NCBI GenBank assembly: GCA_013239625.1 | Contig: MU054338.1 | Coordinates: 5,432,724-5,496,723, forward strand | Reading direction: 5' to 3' | Origin: Lama guanicoe | Lineage: Eukaryota | Length of the DNA: 64,000 nt | Part shown: in pieces, positions 29,791-43,230 of the stretch | How positions within the stretch are numbered: position 1 is the first letter of the stretch | Layout: every line of letters starts with the position of its first letter | Notes under the pieces: generated by a model | Told to the model about the DNA's origin: nothing | Seen by the model: only the letters and a program-made list of their open reading frames with translations | Database searches by the model: none | Position numbers and translations under genes: made by a program

Positions 29791-31362
29791 CTCTTCCCCT
29801 CTGTGATCTTTACTACAATGCTGGCTCCCCTGGCTGCCTTCCCTCCTTTCTCCACTCCAGACACCTCCCTAGCCTGCACTGTTTTTGTGCCTGAGCATTT
29901 ATAACCTTCTTATTCAGGTCTGTCTTTTCCTCACTGGAATGTCAGCCCCAAATGGGCAAGAACTTTTTTGTCTGTCTTTCCCATTGTCGGGTCCTCCAGA
30001 GCCTCAAAGAAAGCTTGACACACAGCAGGTGCTCAATAAATACTTGTTCACTGAATGAAAGAACAGAAGGTGAATTTGAACTCCATGTGGACCAAAGATT
30101 TCCGTGGAGCACTGGAAGAGCGTCCCAGCCTCACCAGCCAGCATGGAGGTGTGTAACAGGGAGAAGGCACTTTGATTGGGTGGGTGAGGGAAAGAGGCAA
30201 TTATCTTAGACCTCTTCAGGATTTTTTCTTCTGGATTCCAAACAACATTTATGGTAGGACATGTGACCCTTCTCTGTCCCACCCCGTCCCAGGCTGACAC
30301 TTGAGCCCGAGGAGAAGAGAGGGAGGCTTCCTGCCTCTCCAGGATGCACATGAACCTCTTGGAAGCCACTTTCAGCCTCTTTGCCATTTTGAGGGCCTCC
30401 TGGAAACTCCAGAGCAGCCCCTGCCCCAGTCTGGAATGCCCAGCTGCCCTGGAGAGGCTGTGCCCGCCCCTCACCACCCACACCCCCAGATCTGAGGGCT
30501 CATCAGCCCCAAGGGCAGCCTCTCTCTGTCCAATCCCCACCCTCACCCTCCACCTTCCACTGTCCTCTCCCGGCTCAAAACCCAGCTGTTCCATATCCCA
30601 TGAGTTTCACCACTTGAGTAGTTCTGGAATTCATCCCTGTCTCCCCACCTAGTTATTCAAAGACCCCACCATCCCCAGCTTTGAACAATTTATATCCATC
30701 CCCAGGCAGGAACTGGGTTTTCACCTGTCCTGATGTTATCTTTTTCTTAGCCTGGTTGAAAGTTACATGAATGTATGTTTCATTGTTATTCTTTACACCT
30801 CACACATACGTGAAAAGCAGACTTTTGAGCTTATTCAGTTTTTAATCTAAAACAATTATTAAAAGCAACCAAACAGGACAATTGATTCAAGGAAGCATCA
30901 TCAATGGATGCTGAAAGTGCTAAGTTAAAGTTTCATGAGAAACAGGGTATTTGTGTAGCTTCGATGTATCTGTCCATAAAATACATATTTATTACAAAGG
31001 AAAAAAAATGTAACTTCCCAGAGGAGAAACAAATAATGCCTTTATCAAGTGATCATATTTAAATGACCAGCAATGGGGCAAATGGACATTGTGTGTCTCC
31101 TGATATAATGCATGGAGAAGAACACATCATCCCTTCCGTGGAATGTCTTCTTAAGATGCTGAATCTGAATCTAATCAAGAGGAAAACCAGACAAATGCAA
31201 TATCCCAGACAAGGACATTCTACAAAATGATTGGCCTATGACCTTCAAAAATGTCAATTACATAAAAGACAAGGAAAGAGAAAGGACATTCCAGGCATGA
31301 CACCTGTCTGCAATGCATGATCCTGGATTGGGCCAGAGACCAGAAAATAAAAATTCCTAAGA

Positions 31363-31500
31363 AGGGGCAGGGTAGAGTGCCTGCTTAACATGCACGAGGT
31401 CCTGGGTTCAATCCCCAGTACCTCCATTATAAGTAAACAAACAAATAAATAAATAAGCCTAATTACCATCCCCCTAAAAATAAAATTAAAATAATAATAG
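31363..31500 (+). mobile_element. tRNA-derived SINE
   Basis: B box GGTTCAATCCC; flanking AATT(C/T)CTAAGAA repeats. Confidence 0.8.
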
Positions 31501-32744
31501 TAATTTCTAAGAAAGACATTATTGGACCACTGATAACATTTGAAAGTCTGTAGTTCAGGTAGCAATATTATATCAATATTAAACTTCCTGTTTGTGATCA
31601 TTGTCTTGGAGTAATATAACCAATGGTTCTCAGTTTGGAGTGGGGTGGGGAGGGGCGCAATTCTGTCATCCAGGGGACCTTAAGTAACGGCTGAAGACAT
31701 TTTTGGTGATCACAACCAAGGGTGTGTGTGCTACTGACACTTAGTGGTTGGAGGTCAGGGATGCTAAAAATCCTACAGTATACAGGCTAGACCTCTGCAG
31801 CAAAGGGCTATTCAGCCTCTGAGTTAAGAAAGTAGAGATGTCTCTCCGTAAGAGAACATCTTTTTTTTTTTGAAACATAAATCTAAGTATTTAGAAATAA
31901 AAAGGATTCAGGTCTATGACTGATTCTCAAAAGATTCAGAAAAAAAATGTGTATATATATATACACCTATATTTGTGTGTGTGTATCTTCCTAACCCAAA
32001 TCCCCCAAATGCTAACCTATTAACACACTTGGGTACTATTCTCTTTTCTTTTTCCCTTTCTCTCTCTTCCCTGCCCCCACACAGGCCTTCTTCCTCAAAC
32101 ACATCAGGAATAGTCCTGCCTCAGGAACCTCAGGGCCTTTGCACTGACTATTCCCTTTTCCGAGAATGTTCTTTTTCCAGATACCTACCAGACTTACCTC
32201 TTCACCTCCTTCATATCACTACTCATACATCCTCTTCTCAATGAGACGGTTCCTGACCACTCTATTTAAAAACTGCCAGCACTCCTCCTATCTCCTGTCT
32301 CCCCTTCTTGGATTTATTTTTCTGCTTAGTACTGATCACCATGGAACATGTTATGTATTTTCTTTATTTGTTTACTGGATTTCTCTCACACAGTCACTAT
32401 GCGACCTCCATTAGGGCAAGGGCCTTTGTCCAGTGCTTTGAACGGGGCCTGGCACACAATCGGTCCTCAATTCATTGACAAATGACTGAATTGCTGTCAA
32501 ATAAATGTGATGGCTTAAAAGGAGGAGGACGTGGGGGGAAGAGGAGGAAAGTTGCTACTCATCTTTGGCTCCTCCTTTGAATCGCTCAGCCTATAGCATG
32601 GGACCTCAAGGCCACCTCCAGTGCCCCTCTGGCCTCAGGAGTCGCGCACAGGGAACCCTCAGCAGCCAGAAGCCCTTCCCTTCCCTTCCCTCCATGGATC
32701 CCGGGACAGCGGCAAGGGACGCGCACGAGCCGCTCTCTGATTCG

Positions 32745-32758
32745 CCACCAGGAGGCGC
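32745..32758 (+). promoter_or_regulatory. Candidate CTCF site
   Basis: CCACCAGGAGGCGC matches the CTCF core at all but one position; lies in an isolated CpG-rich patch. Confidence 0.65.
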
Positions 32759-33399
32759 GCCTCTCCGGCCAAATCCCGGGGTATGGCGCTTGTCCGCGTA
32801 TTACTTGAGAAGGAATTTTCCTTCTGCAAAAAAAAAAAAAAAAAGAAAGCCATTTCTAGCTTTTTCTTACTGTTGCAAAAATCATGTTTAAAAATTAACA
32901 TATTCATCACAGAAAATTAAGAAACTTAGAGAGAACTAGAAATCGCTGCACCAGACCATCAGTACTGGGTCTCCCGCTGTTCTGTGCACAAGAACCTAAC
33001 AATACTGTAAATCAGCGATACTTCAGTTTAAAGAAAATCGAAATCTACCAACATAGTTTACTTGGCTCTCTATTTGCTTCTTCAAAGATTGTGTTTTAAC
33101 CTTTCATTTTGGAGAATTTTAAACCAAAAAAGTAGAGAAGTGTACTTAATGATACTAAACTATAGACTTAAAAGTAGTAAAGATGGTGAATTTTATATGA
33201 TGTATGTCTTCCCACAATGAAAAAAAAAAGCAGTTTATATAACCTGAACACCAATTATCGTCTCAACCTTGTTTCACCTCCTCCTGGGCTCCCACTTCCT
33301 CCCCAACTGGATTATTTGGAAGCAAATCCCAGATGCTCCATCATCTATAAATATTTGAGTATGCATTCTAAGAGATAAGGACCATTTCTTTTAAAAAAT

Positions 33400-33835
33400 G
33401 CTCATTATATCTCAGCCATAAAAAAGGAATGAAATTTTGCCATTTGCAACAGTAATGGATGGGCTTGGAGGGTATTAATGCTAAGTGAAATAAGTCAGAC
33501 AGAGAAAGACAAATACCATATGATACCACTTACATGGGGAACCTAAAAAACACAACAAACTAGTGAATATAACAACTCACAGATATAAAGAACAAACTAG
33601 TGGTTTCAGTTGGGAGAGGGACGGAGGGAGGGGCAATACAGGGAATGGGAGATTAAGAGATACAAACCATTATGATGAAATAAGTTACAAGGATATACTG
33701 CACAACACACGGAACATAGCCAATATTTTATAATAACTATAAATGAAATATAACCTTTAAAAACTGTGAATCACTATATTGTACATCTGTAACCCATATA
33801 ATATTGTACATCAACTATACTTTAATTGAAAAAAG
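33400..33835 (+). mobile_element. L1 3' end
   Basis: cagccataaaaaaggaatgaaattttgccatttgcaac...aactatactttaattg. Confidence 0.8.
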
Positions 33836-34581
33836 AAGAGTGCTTTGGCTTTGCTTAACTCTGCATTTCCATATAAATGTTAGTATCAGTTTTTTAATGT
33901 ATAGAAAAGTATGAAAATTTTTATTGGGATTGCACTAAATCTACAAACAACTTTAGAAAGAACTGTCATTTTTACAATGTCAGGCCTTCTAATCCATGAA
34001 CATAGGATATCACTCTATTTATCTCAGTCTTTAATTTCTCTCAAAAAATTTTCCCATGGGCTCCTGAATAAACTCATCTGCAAATTTTTAAAAAAGTCAT
34101 AATAGCACTTTAAAAACTTAATATCTTCAAATGTCCAATAAGTGTTCAAATCTGTAATTGTCTCATAAACATTATTATTTGTTTTGTTATCTTTTGTTTT
34201 ATTATTTTAGAGATGGTTTGAATCAGGAGCCCCAAATATCCATTTGGCTGCATTTGGTTGAAATATTTTAAAATCTCTTTTATTTAAAAATTCTCTCATC
34301 ATATTTTTGTTGTTGTTGTTGTAATTTATTTGTTAAAAAAAAAATTTTTTGTCCTCTAGCGTCTCTCACAGTTTGGATCTAGCTGACTGTACCCCTGTGA
34401 TGTCATTGAAGATGCTCCCCTGTCATCTGAATTTTGTAAAAATTACTGCCTAGATCTAGACCAATGCTGTCTAATAAAAATATAATGTGAGCCACAAATA
34501 CAAATCACATCTGTAATTTAAATTTTTCTACTAGCCACTTTAAAAACTAAAACAAAGGAGATGACATTTATTTTAATCATT

Positions 34582-34680
34582 TGAGGGGAGAGCACAGCTC
34601 AGTGGTAGAGCGCATGCTTAGCATGCATGAGGTCCTGGGTTTGATCCCCAGTACTTCCATTTTAAAAAATAAAATAAAAT
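34582..34680 (+). mobile_element. tRNA-derived SINE nested in a MER33-like relic
   Basis: Same consensus. Confidence 0.8.
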
Positions 34681-35479
34681 ATTTGAATCGTTTAAATTTA
34701 ATCCAACACATCCAAAATTTACATATTTCAACATGCAATGAATATTAAAAACTTAGCTATTTTACACTCTTTTTTTTTTTTAACCAAGTCTTCCAAATCT
34801 GGTGTGTTGTTTACATTTAGGGACATGTCAACCTGGAGTGGCCAGTTTTCAAATGCTTGACAGTCACAGGTGACTCATTAGTACTATTTTGGATTTTGTT
34901 TATTCTAGAGATTTTTGCAGATTCAAGTGTGATTTTTCGGGAAGGTAATGTCACCGGTGGTGACAGGCACTGCCGGTAAAAGAGACATGGCTGTCTCTGT
35001 TTTGTGATATGAGCATCAACCAGTATCTTAATGAACGGACGAATGTGTCCACAGAAGCCCTGCCTGGGATTATGAGCCCATTTCTGCATTTCTCGCCAGC
35101 CTGTTTTCTCATAAACAAGTTTAAAAAGAAACATTGGAATGCTACTGGAGACAGTTCAGGTTTCTCATTTAACACATCCTGATATTTTCCCCAGGTCACT
35201 AAGTACTTCCTTGAAATAGTTTGCAACTTGAAAGTGTGTTGCACTCGATGGCTGTTCCCTAATGTTGGAACATTTAGGTTGTTTCCAGAACGTCAGTCAC
35301 TGTTACAATAAATCATTAGTTAGGGAAATGATGCAACTGGTCCATTAAGATGTTAAAAGTTGAATCAAATAACCAAGCATGAACATAAAACATAAATGTT
35401 CTGCAAGGAAAAAAAAGGAGAATCTTAGCTTTTAATGTGGAAGGATTTTTGGTGCCTTAAAACCTTGAAGACATTTTTT

Positions 35480-35597
35480 AAAATATTTTATTTTATTTTT
35501 ATTTATTTATGTTTTAATGGAGATACTGGGGGTTGAATCCAGGACCTCGTGCATGCTAACAGTGCACTGTACCACTGAGCTCACCCATTGCCCCAGG
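35480..35597 (-). mobile_element. tRNA-derived SINE
   Basis: Same consensus; GAAGACATTTTT on both flanks. Confidence 0.8.
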
Positions 35598-35814
35598 AAG
35601 ACATTTTTAAAAATTGATAAGATTGCTTTTTCTCATGCACTCATAAAATTTCTGAACAGTAAAAATATTTAAAGCCAAGTCAGAGACAAAGGACAAGCCA
35701 AAAAAAAAAGTTTGCAATTCATATCTCAAAGACTCAGTCTGCCTAATAAAGTGCTTCTAGAAATCAATAACAGAACAACAAAAGAATTTCCAAAAAATAG
35801 GGCCAAAGAGAAGA

Positions 35815-36300
35815 CACACACACACACAATGGACTATTACTCAGCCATAAAAAAGAATGAAATATGCCATTTGCAGCAACATGGATGGACCTACCGATGA
35901 TCGTATTGAGTGAAGTAAATCAGACAGAAAAAGACAAATGCCATATGATATCATTTATATGTGGAATCTAAAAAAAGATACAAATTCTATTTATAAACCA
36001 AAAACAGACCCATAGACATAGAAAATAAACTATGGGTACCAAAGGGGAAAGGGTGGGGAGGGATAAATTAGGGGTTGGGGATTAACAGACACACATTACT
36101 ATACATAAAATAGCTAAACAACAAGGACCTACTGTATAGCACAAGGAACTATACTCAATTTCATATAATAACATAGAATGGAAAAGAATCTGAAAAGAGA
36201 AAAAAATATATATATGTATGTATGTATATAACTGAATAATTTTGCTGTACACTTGAAACTAACATTGTAAGTCAACTACACTTCAATAAAAAAGTTTAAA
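35815..36300 (+). mobile_element. L1 3' end
   Basis: aatggactattactcagccataaaaaagaatgaaat...acttcaataaaaa. Confidence 0.85.
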
Positions 36301-36796
36301 ATAGGGCAAAGGAAATACAAATGACTATTAAGCATCTGAAAAGATAATCTGTTACTAAGACAGGTGAAAATGTAAACTGTGTGGGGTGCCATTTTCCACC
36401 GATTGGATTGGTAAAAATCCAGAAATTTAATAAGACAATTTATTGGCAATGCTGAGGGATAATGTGTTCTCATACATTGTGGGTGCCAGTGTCTATTGGC
36501 TCAACTCCATGGAGAGCAATTTGGTAAAATTCATCAAAATTGCAAATATATACCCACTTTGAGCCAGTAATTCCACTTGGGGAAATTCATTCTACGGGTA
36601 TAATTGTGCAGGTAGAAAACGACAGCCTGCAAGGTTATTCATTGCTGTATGGTTTGTAATAGGAAAAGATTAGGGCCAACTCAGCCCCCTAATAGGCATC
36701 TGGTTAAACAAATTATAATACAAACATGAATGGAATACTGTGCAGCTTAATAAAAAATGAGGGTGCTTCTATAGGCTGATAAGAGCTCTGAGATCT

Positions 36797-37575
36797 AAAG
36801 ATAAGGAGAAAATATTAAAAGCAGCAAGAGAAAAGCAACAAATAACATACAAGGTATACAGCAAGGTCCTACTGTAGAGCACAGGGAACTATATTTAATA
36901 TCTTGTAGTAAACTATGATGAAAAAAGAATATGAAAACGAATATATGTCTGTATATGTATGACTGAAACATTATGCGCTACACCAGAAACTGATGCAACA
37001 TTGTAAACTGACTACACTTCAATTAAAAAAAAATACAAGGGAACTCCCATAGGTTATCAGTGGAGTTTTCAGCAGAAACTCTGCAGGCCAGAAGGGAGTG
37101 GCACAATATACTTAGTGATGAAAGGGAAAAACCCACAACCAAAAATACTTGACCTGGGGGAGGGTATAGCTCAGCGGTAGAGGGCTTGCTTGGCATGCAT
37201 GGGGTCCTGGGTTCAATCCCCAGGACCTCCATCAAACAAACTAACCTAGTTGCCTCCCCCTCCAATAAAAAAATTAAAGATTATTTCATTAATTATTTTT
37301 TTAAAAAAGCTTCACAGAGAAGCAAAAGCTATAAGGATTCAGCACCACTAAACCAGCTTTATAACAAATGCTAAAGGAACTTCTCTAGGTAGGAAACAAA
37401 AGGCAAGAGAAAGAAAATGATGACAAGGATACACAAAACAATCAGATGTAAAATGTGATATCAAAACCCTGACGGGAGGAGAGTACAAATGCAGGGTATC
37501 TAAGATACATTTGAAACTAAGAGATCAGCAGCTTAAAACGATCATGTATAAAAAATAAAAATTAAAAAAAAAAAA
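36797..37575 (+). mobile_element. L1 ORF1 C-terminal fragment with its own A tail, interrupted by younger insertions
   Basis: KDKEKILKAAREKQQITYKG-like and SAETLQARREW-like ORF1 sequence; AATAAA at 37554 then A tail. Confidence 0.7.
37155..37308 (+). mobile_element. tRNA-derived SINE nested in an L1 ORF1 fragment
   Basis: Same consensus. Confidence 0.85.
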
Positions 37576-37598
37576 GATCTACTTTTAAAAAAAAGCTC

Positions 37599-37750
37599 TG
37601 GGGAGGAGGGTATAGCTCAAGTGGTAGAAACGTGCATGAGGTCCTGGGTTCAATCCCCAGTACCTCCTCTAAGAATAAATAAAATAAATAACCAAATTAT
37701 CTCCCAAACCCCCCCAAAAAAAAAAAAACCCCACAAAAAAAGACTTAAAA
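37599..37750 (+). mobile_element. tRNA-derived SINE
   Basis: Same consensus; AAAAAAGCTCTG on both flanks. Confidence 0.85.
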
Positions 37751-38099
37751 AAAAAAAGCTCTGAGATCCGTGTCAAGTGAAAAAAGTTGCAAAACAGTGC
37801 ATGCGATACACTATCTTCTGTGTAAAGATAGCAGGGAATATTGCTTATATTTGCATAAATAAATGCAAGAATGACTGATAATAAAAAATTGACAGTGATT
37901 GTGTATGTGTATCTGGGCAGATGGGGGACAGGCACACTAGGGAGATTGAAATTAAATTTTTAAGTTAAAATAAATTTCTCCCAGAGAAATGAAAGCATTA
38001 TCCCATCAAAACCTTGTATGTGAATGGCCACAGTAGCTTTATTTGCAACAAACAAAGACTGGAAACAACCTAAATGTCTTTCAACAGATGAATGGATAC

Positions 38100-38705
38100 A
38101 GAAATGGGTATGTCTGGAGAAAACTCTAATTCGAAAAAACACATTCACACCAATGCTCATAGCAGCACTATTTACAATAGCCAAAACACGGAAACAACCT
38201 AAATGTCCATCGACAGATGACTGGATAAAGATGTGGCATATATACACAATGGAATATTACTCAGCCATAAACAAAAAAATGAAATAATGCCATTTGCAGC
38301 AACATGGATGGACCTAGAGACCATCATACTAAGTGAAGTAAGCCAGACAGAGAAAGACAAATATCATATGATATCACTTATATGTGGAATCTAAATAAAG
38401 AGATACAAGTTTTATTTACAAACCAAAAATAGACTCACGAACATAGAAAACAAACAGTGGTTACCAGAGGGAAATGGGGGGAAGGATGGATTAGGAGTTT
38501 GGGATTAACAGATACACACTGCAATATATAAAACAGGTAAACAACAAGGGCCTACTGTATAGCACAAGGAACTATATTCAGCTTCTTGTAATGTGCTGTA
38601 AGTGGAAAAGAAAATGAAAAAAATGTATGTATGTGCATAACTGAATTGTTTTGCTGTACACCTGAAACTAACACTGTAAATCAACTACACTTCAATAAAA
38701 AATAA
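38100..38705 (+). mobile_element. L1 ORF2 end and 3'UTR
   Basis: TFTPMLIAALFTIAKTRKQPKCPSTDDWIKMW...YYSAI. Confidence 0.88.
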
Positions 38706-38712
38706 GAATTAA

Positions 38713-38870
38713 GTGGGGAGGGTATAGCTCAAGTGGTAAAGTGCATGCTTAGCATGCAGTTAAGTCCTGGGTTCAATCCCCAGTACCTCCATTAAAAAAA
38801 TTTTTTTTAATAAATAAACTTAATTACCTCCCCCAGCAAAAAACACTTAAAAAATAACTAAATAAATAAA
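38713..38870 (+). mobile_element. tRNA-derived SINE
   Basis: Same consensus. Confidence 0.85.
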
Positions 38871-39254
38871 TATACTATTGATACACACTCCAACAGAGAT
38901 GAATCTCAAAATAATTATGCTGAGTGAAAAAAGCAGACAAAAAGAAAAGGAGTACATTCTATGTGATTCCATTTACATAAAATTCTAGAAACTGCAAACT
39001 CATCTGCAGTGACAGAAAGCAAGGCACGCTTACATGGGAAAGGTGGGAGGAGCCAGTGGGAGAGGTTCCTAAGAGGCACAGGGAGCCTTGGGGTGTGATA
39101 GACAGTTCCATTACCTTGATTATGGTGAAAGTTTCACAGGTGTATACATATGTCAAAGTTGATTAGATTGTGTACCTGAACTTTGTGCAGATTATGGTAC
39201 TTCAATTATACTCCAATAGGCTGCTAAAATTTTTTTCCCCACCATTTTTTTATG

Positions 39255-39605
39255 AGTCATCCTGGGCTGCTATAATGAAATACCATAGCCGGAGTGGCTT
39301 AAACCACGGAAATATATTTCTCATGGTTCTGGGAAGTCCAAGACCAAAGTACTCGTAGATTCAATTCCCAGGGTGAACTCTCTTCCTGGTTTGCACATGG
39401 CCACCTTGTTGCTGTGTCCTCACACGGTGGTGTGAGAGAGAAAGCTCTCTCCCATGTCTCTTTTTATAGGAGCATCAATCCCATCATGGGGGCCCCACCC
39501 TCATGACCTAATCACCTCCCAAAAGCCCCATCTCCAAATACCATCATATTAGGGGGTAGGGCTTCAATATGTGGATTTTAGGGGAACACATTCAGTCCAT
39601 AACAA
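39255..39605 (-). mobile_element. MaLR (MLT1A/MST-type) LTR
   Basis: gggctgctataa...ttctcatggttctgg...ccctcatgacctaatcacctccc...cagtccataaca. Confidence 0.75.
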
Positions 39606-39999
39606 TTTTTAAAAGGAAAATGTTTAAGATAAAAAAACCATGTTCTACTGTAACAGTATATTGAGCTATATTCAATACCTTGTAATGACCTATAATGAAA
39701 AAGATGAAAACACATATATATGTATAAATGAATCACTATGCTATACACCAGAAATTAATGCAACATTGTAAATCAATTATTCTTCAATTTAAAAAATTAA
39801 ATGAAAAAGAAATCACTCGTAGTCCCACGAAGGAAAAAAAAGCAAAATGTTCAGACATACAAGAAAAACCTCAAAAGTGATAATGAGTAAACCTGGATAA
39901 ACATTCTTACACAAAGTTTTATGTGGACACACTATTAGGGAAGGGAGACTTCTTGAGGTTTTTTGACTTATGGTTTTGGCACAGTGCAAATGCACTGCC

Positions 40000-40818
40000 C
40001 AATCAAAACTACAATAAGGTGTCACCTCACACCAGTCAGAATGACCATCATTTAAAAGTATACAAACAATAAATGCAGGAGGGGGTGTGGAGGAAAGGAA
40101 ACCCTCCTACATTGCTGATGGGAATGTAGTTTGGTGCAGCCATTGTGGAGAACAGTATGGAGATTCTTCAAAAAACTACAAATAGAGTTACCATATGATC
40201 CAGCAATTCTACCCCTGGGCATATATCCAGAGGGGACTCTTAATTTGAAAAGATACATGCACCCCAATGTTCACAGCAGCAGTATTTACAACAACCAAGA
40301 CACAGAAGTAACCAAAATGTCCATCAAAAGATGACTGGATAAGTAAGTTGCAGTATATATACACAATGGAATAGTACTCAGCCATAGAAAGAATAAAATA
40401 GTGCCATTTGCAGTAACATGGATGGACCTGGAGATCGTCATTCTCAGTGAAGAAAGCCAGTAAGAGAAAGAAAAAAAACATGATATCATTCATGTGCGGA
40501 ATCTAAAAAAATGAAAAAGAAGACGCTAATGATCTCATCTACAAAACAGAAACAGACTAGCAGATGGTTACTGGGGAAAAAGTGGGTAGGACGGGATAAA
40601 TTTGGGAGTTTGAGATTTGCAAATATTAACTACTATATGTAAAAATACATTTTAAAAAATGAACTTCTGTATAACACAGTTAACTATATTCAATATCTTG
40701 TAATAACTTAATGAAAAAGAATATGAAAACGAATATATGTATATATATATGACTGGGACATTATGCTGTACAGCCAAAATTGACACCTTGTAACTAACTA
40801 TACTTCAATTTAAAAAAA
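40000..40818 (+). mobile_element. L1 ORF2 end and 3'UTR
   Basis: [32 protein letters not shown]. Confidence 0.9.
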
Positions 40819-40985
40819 GGGGTGGGAGGGTATAGCTCAAGTGGTAGAGCACATGCTTAGCACGTACGAGGTTCTGAGTTCAATCCCTAGTACCTCCTGT
40901 AAGAATAAATAAATACTAAATAAACCTAATTATAACCCCCACAGGAAAAAAAAAAACCTGTAACTTACCCAAAAAAGAAAATTTT
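40819..40985 (+). mobile_element. tRNA-derived SINE in an L1 tail
   Basis: Same consensus. Confidence 0.8.
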
Positions 40986-41938
40986 TTAAAAATTCAGTGG
41001 TTTGCAACTAGAGAGAATTAGGTTCAAATCTTGGCTTTTCCAAGCTGTGTGACGATGGCCAATGTCTGAACATCTCAGAACCTCTGTTTGCCCATCAGTC
41101 CAAAAGAGAAAGGAGTGCTTTCCTTTGCAGAGCTGATTTGAGGGGGACAGAAGATGGACTCTGCACGTGCCCGATGGGGTACAGGTGAGTGCTAAATTAA
41201 GGAGCACTGTTCTGGTTATTATTCTCTCCTGAGTGAATTCAGGGCTGTTTGTCCTGGGGAACAAAGGCTGCAGGTTCACACACACGCAGGATCCCAGGCT
41301 AGGAAGAGCTGGGGAGATCATCTTGGGCAGAGGCCACTCCATTCCCTTCTGGAGCCCCAGCCCAGAATCTGAGTCATCCTTTCGGCCCTGAGCCTCTGAG
41401 GCTCCTGCCCTAAAGCTGACCTTTTCTAGAGACCTGGAAGTGACTAGAGGCTGACAGGAAAAAGCTTGGGTAGTGGCCGGGGGTGGTGAGGGCCGTTCCC
41501 TGACCAGAGGCTCAGCAGCCTCTCTTGGGGTGTCCACATTCATAGCCCCCAAATCCCTCTGGGATCGTCTGGGAAGAATCGGGCACAGGTCCCAGGCGAT
41601 GGTGAGTTTTTCATGCTCTTCCCCAATCTGGGTCACCAGTTCCCTACCCTGTTTGTCTGGATAGTCTTACTATCCCTCAGCCTCGGGGGCCCTGCCCAGA
41701 AAGCCTTACTGGAATTGGTCCCTTCTCTGGCCTTTTTAGGTTCCTGTGTTTCCCCCATTATAGCAGTGACCATCCAGTATTAAAGGTAAGCGGTGAAAAT
41801 AATCACAATTAGGTCAAAAGGTACAAACTTACAGTTAAAAAAAAATAACTAAGTCCTAGGAATGTAACATAGAGAACGGCGACCACAGTTAATAATATGG
41901 TATTACATATTTGAAAGTTGCTCAGAGAATAAATCTTG

Positions 41939-42069
41939 AGGGAGGGTATAGCTCAGTGGTAGACAGTATGCTTAGCATGCATGAGGTCCTAGGTTCAATC
42001 CCCAGTATCTCTATTTAAAAAATTAAGTAAATAAATAAATCTAATCTCTCTTCCCCTCCAAAAAGAAAG
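41939..42069 (+). mobile_element. tRNA-derived SINE
   Basis: Same consensus; TAAATCTT on both flanks. Confidence 0.85.
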
Positions 42070-42165
42070 TAAATCTTAAAAGCTCTCATCATTAGCAAAA
42101 AAATTCTGTAACTCTGTATCGTGATGGATGTTAACTCGACTTATTGTGGTTATCACTTGGCTATT

Positions 42166-42170
42166 TATAC

Positions 42171-42225
<55 letters not shown>
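42166..42225. repeat. (TA)n microsatellite
   Basis: Seen directly. Confidence 0.9.
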
Positions 42226-42502
42226 AAATGAATCATTACAATGTACCCCTGAAACTAATATCATGTTATATGTCAAGTGTATCTCAGGGAAAGAATAAAT
42301 ATCAAAAATCACAATTAACAGTAATATTTGGGGCAAACACCCATCACGTGCCTCCCAATACCCTGAAGGGAGGATACAATATCATTGCCAAAAACTGCAT
42401 CATCAGAAAGGAGCATCAGACAAAGGAAAAGTGCCAAATGTTCTCCCTAATGTGTGCACTTCAAATATTCTCTCTAAAGTGTGCACTTCAAAAATGTCAA
42501 TG

Positions 42503-42660
42503 GTGGGGGGAGGGTATAGCGCAAGTGGTAGAGCACATGCTTAGCATGCACGAGGTCCTGGGTTCAATCCCCAGTACCTCCTCTAAAAAAAAATAGACTA
42601 GTAAACCTAATCATCTCCCCCCTAAAAATAAATAAATGACAATAAAGAAAACAAAAATTA
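42503..42660 (+). mobile_element. tRNA-derived SINE
   Basis: Same consensus; AAAAATGTCAATG on both flanks. Confidence 0.85.
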
Positions 42661-43004
42661 AAAAATGTCAATGTTGCAAAGGACAAAGGATTGAGGAACT
42701 AGTCCTCAATTAAGGGAGACTAAAGAGACACAAAACGAAAGACACTGTGTGACCCTGGATGGGACCTCAGAGGGAAAATAGAGCTGCAAAGGTCACAAGG
42801 GGCATGATTGGTGAAATTGGAATTTGGACTGCTGACTAGATAAAGCATCTTGTCAGGGTCAAACTCCCTTAAGTTGCTAACTGTGCTACAGTTATGTAAG
42901 TGAGTGTCCTTGTTCATAGTCAAAGGCACTAATCGTGTCTGCAACATACCCTCAAATGGTTCAAAAAAAACCTGTGTGTGTGTATTATCTTTTTTCTATG
43001 TGAG

Positions 43005-43230
43005 TTTTATATATATGTACATATACACACATATGTGTGTGTTATATACATGCATGCATATAATAGATATGTATGCATATTATATGTATATATGTGTCTC
43101 CCTGTATATAAATGTGGCTTTCTTCATATATAGAGAGAATGAATAGATAGATAGATACATAGATACACAGATACATAGATACATACATAGAACTATATAT
43201 GGATATACATGATATATATGAATATATATT
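43005..43230. repeat. (TA)n/(TAGA)n/(TACA)n compound microsatellite
   Basis: Seen directly. Confidence 0.85.

Noticed and set aside
40986..41636. 216-aa minus-strand ORF
   Set aside because: Non-ATG start, no recognisable homology, no splice support; ends in repeat-derived sequence
42076..42596. YIYIYI-rich ORFs
   Set aside because: Translations of a (TA)n microsatellite plus SINE sequence
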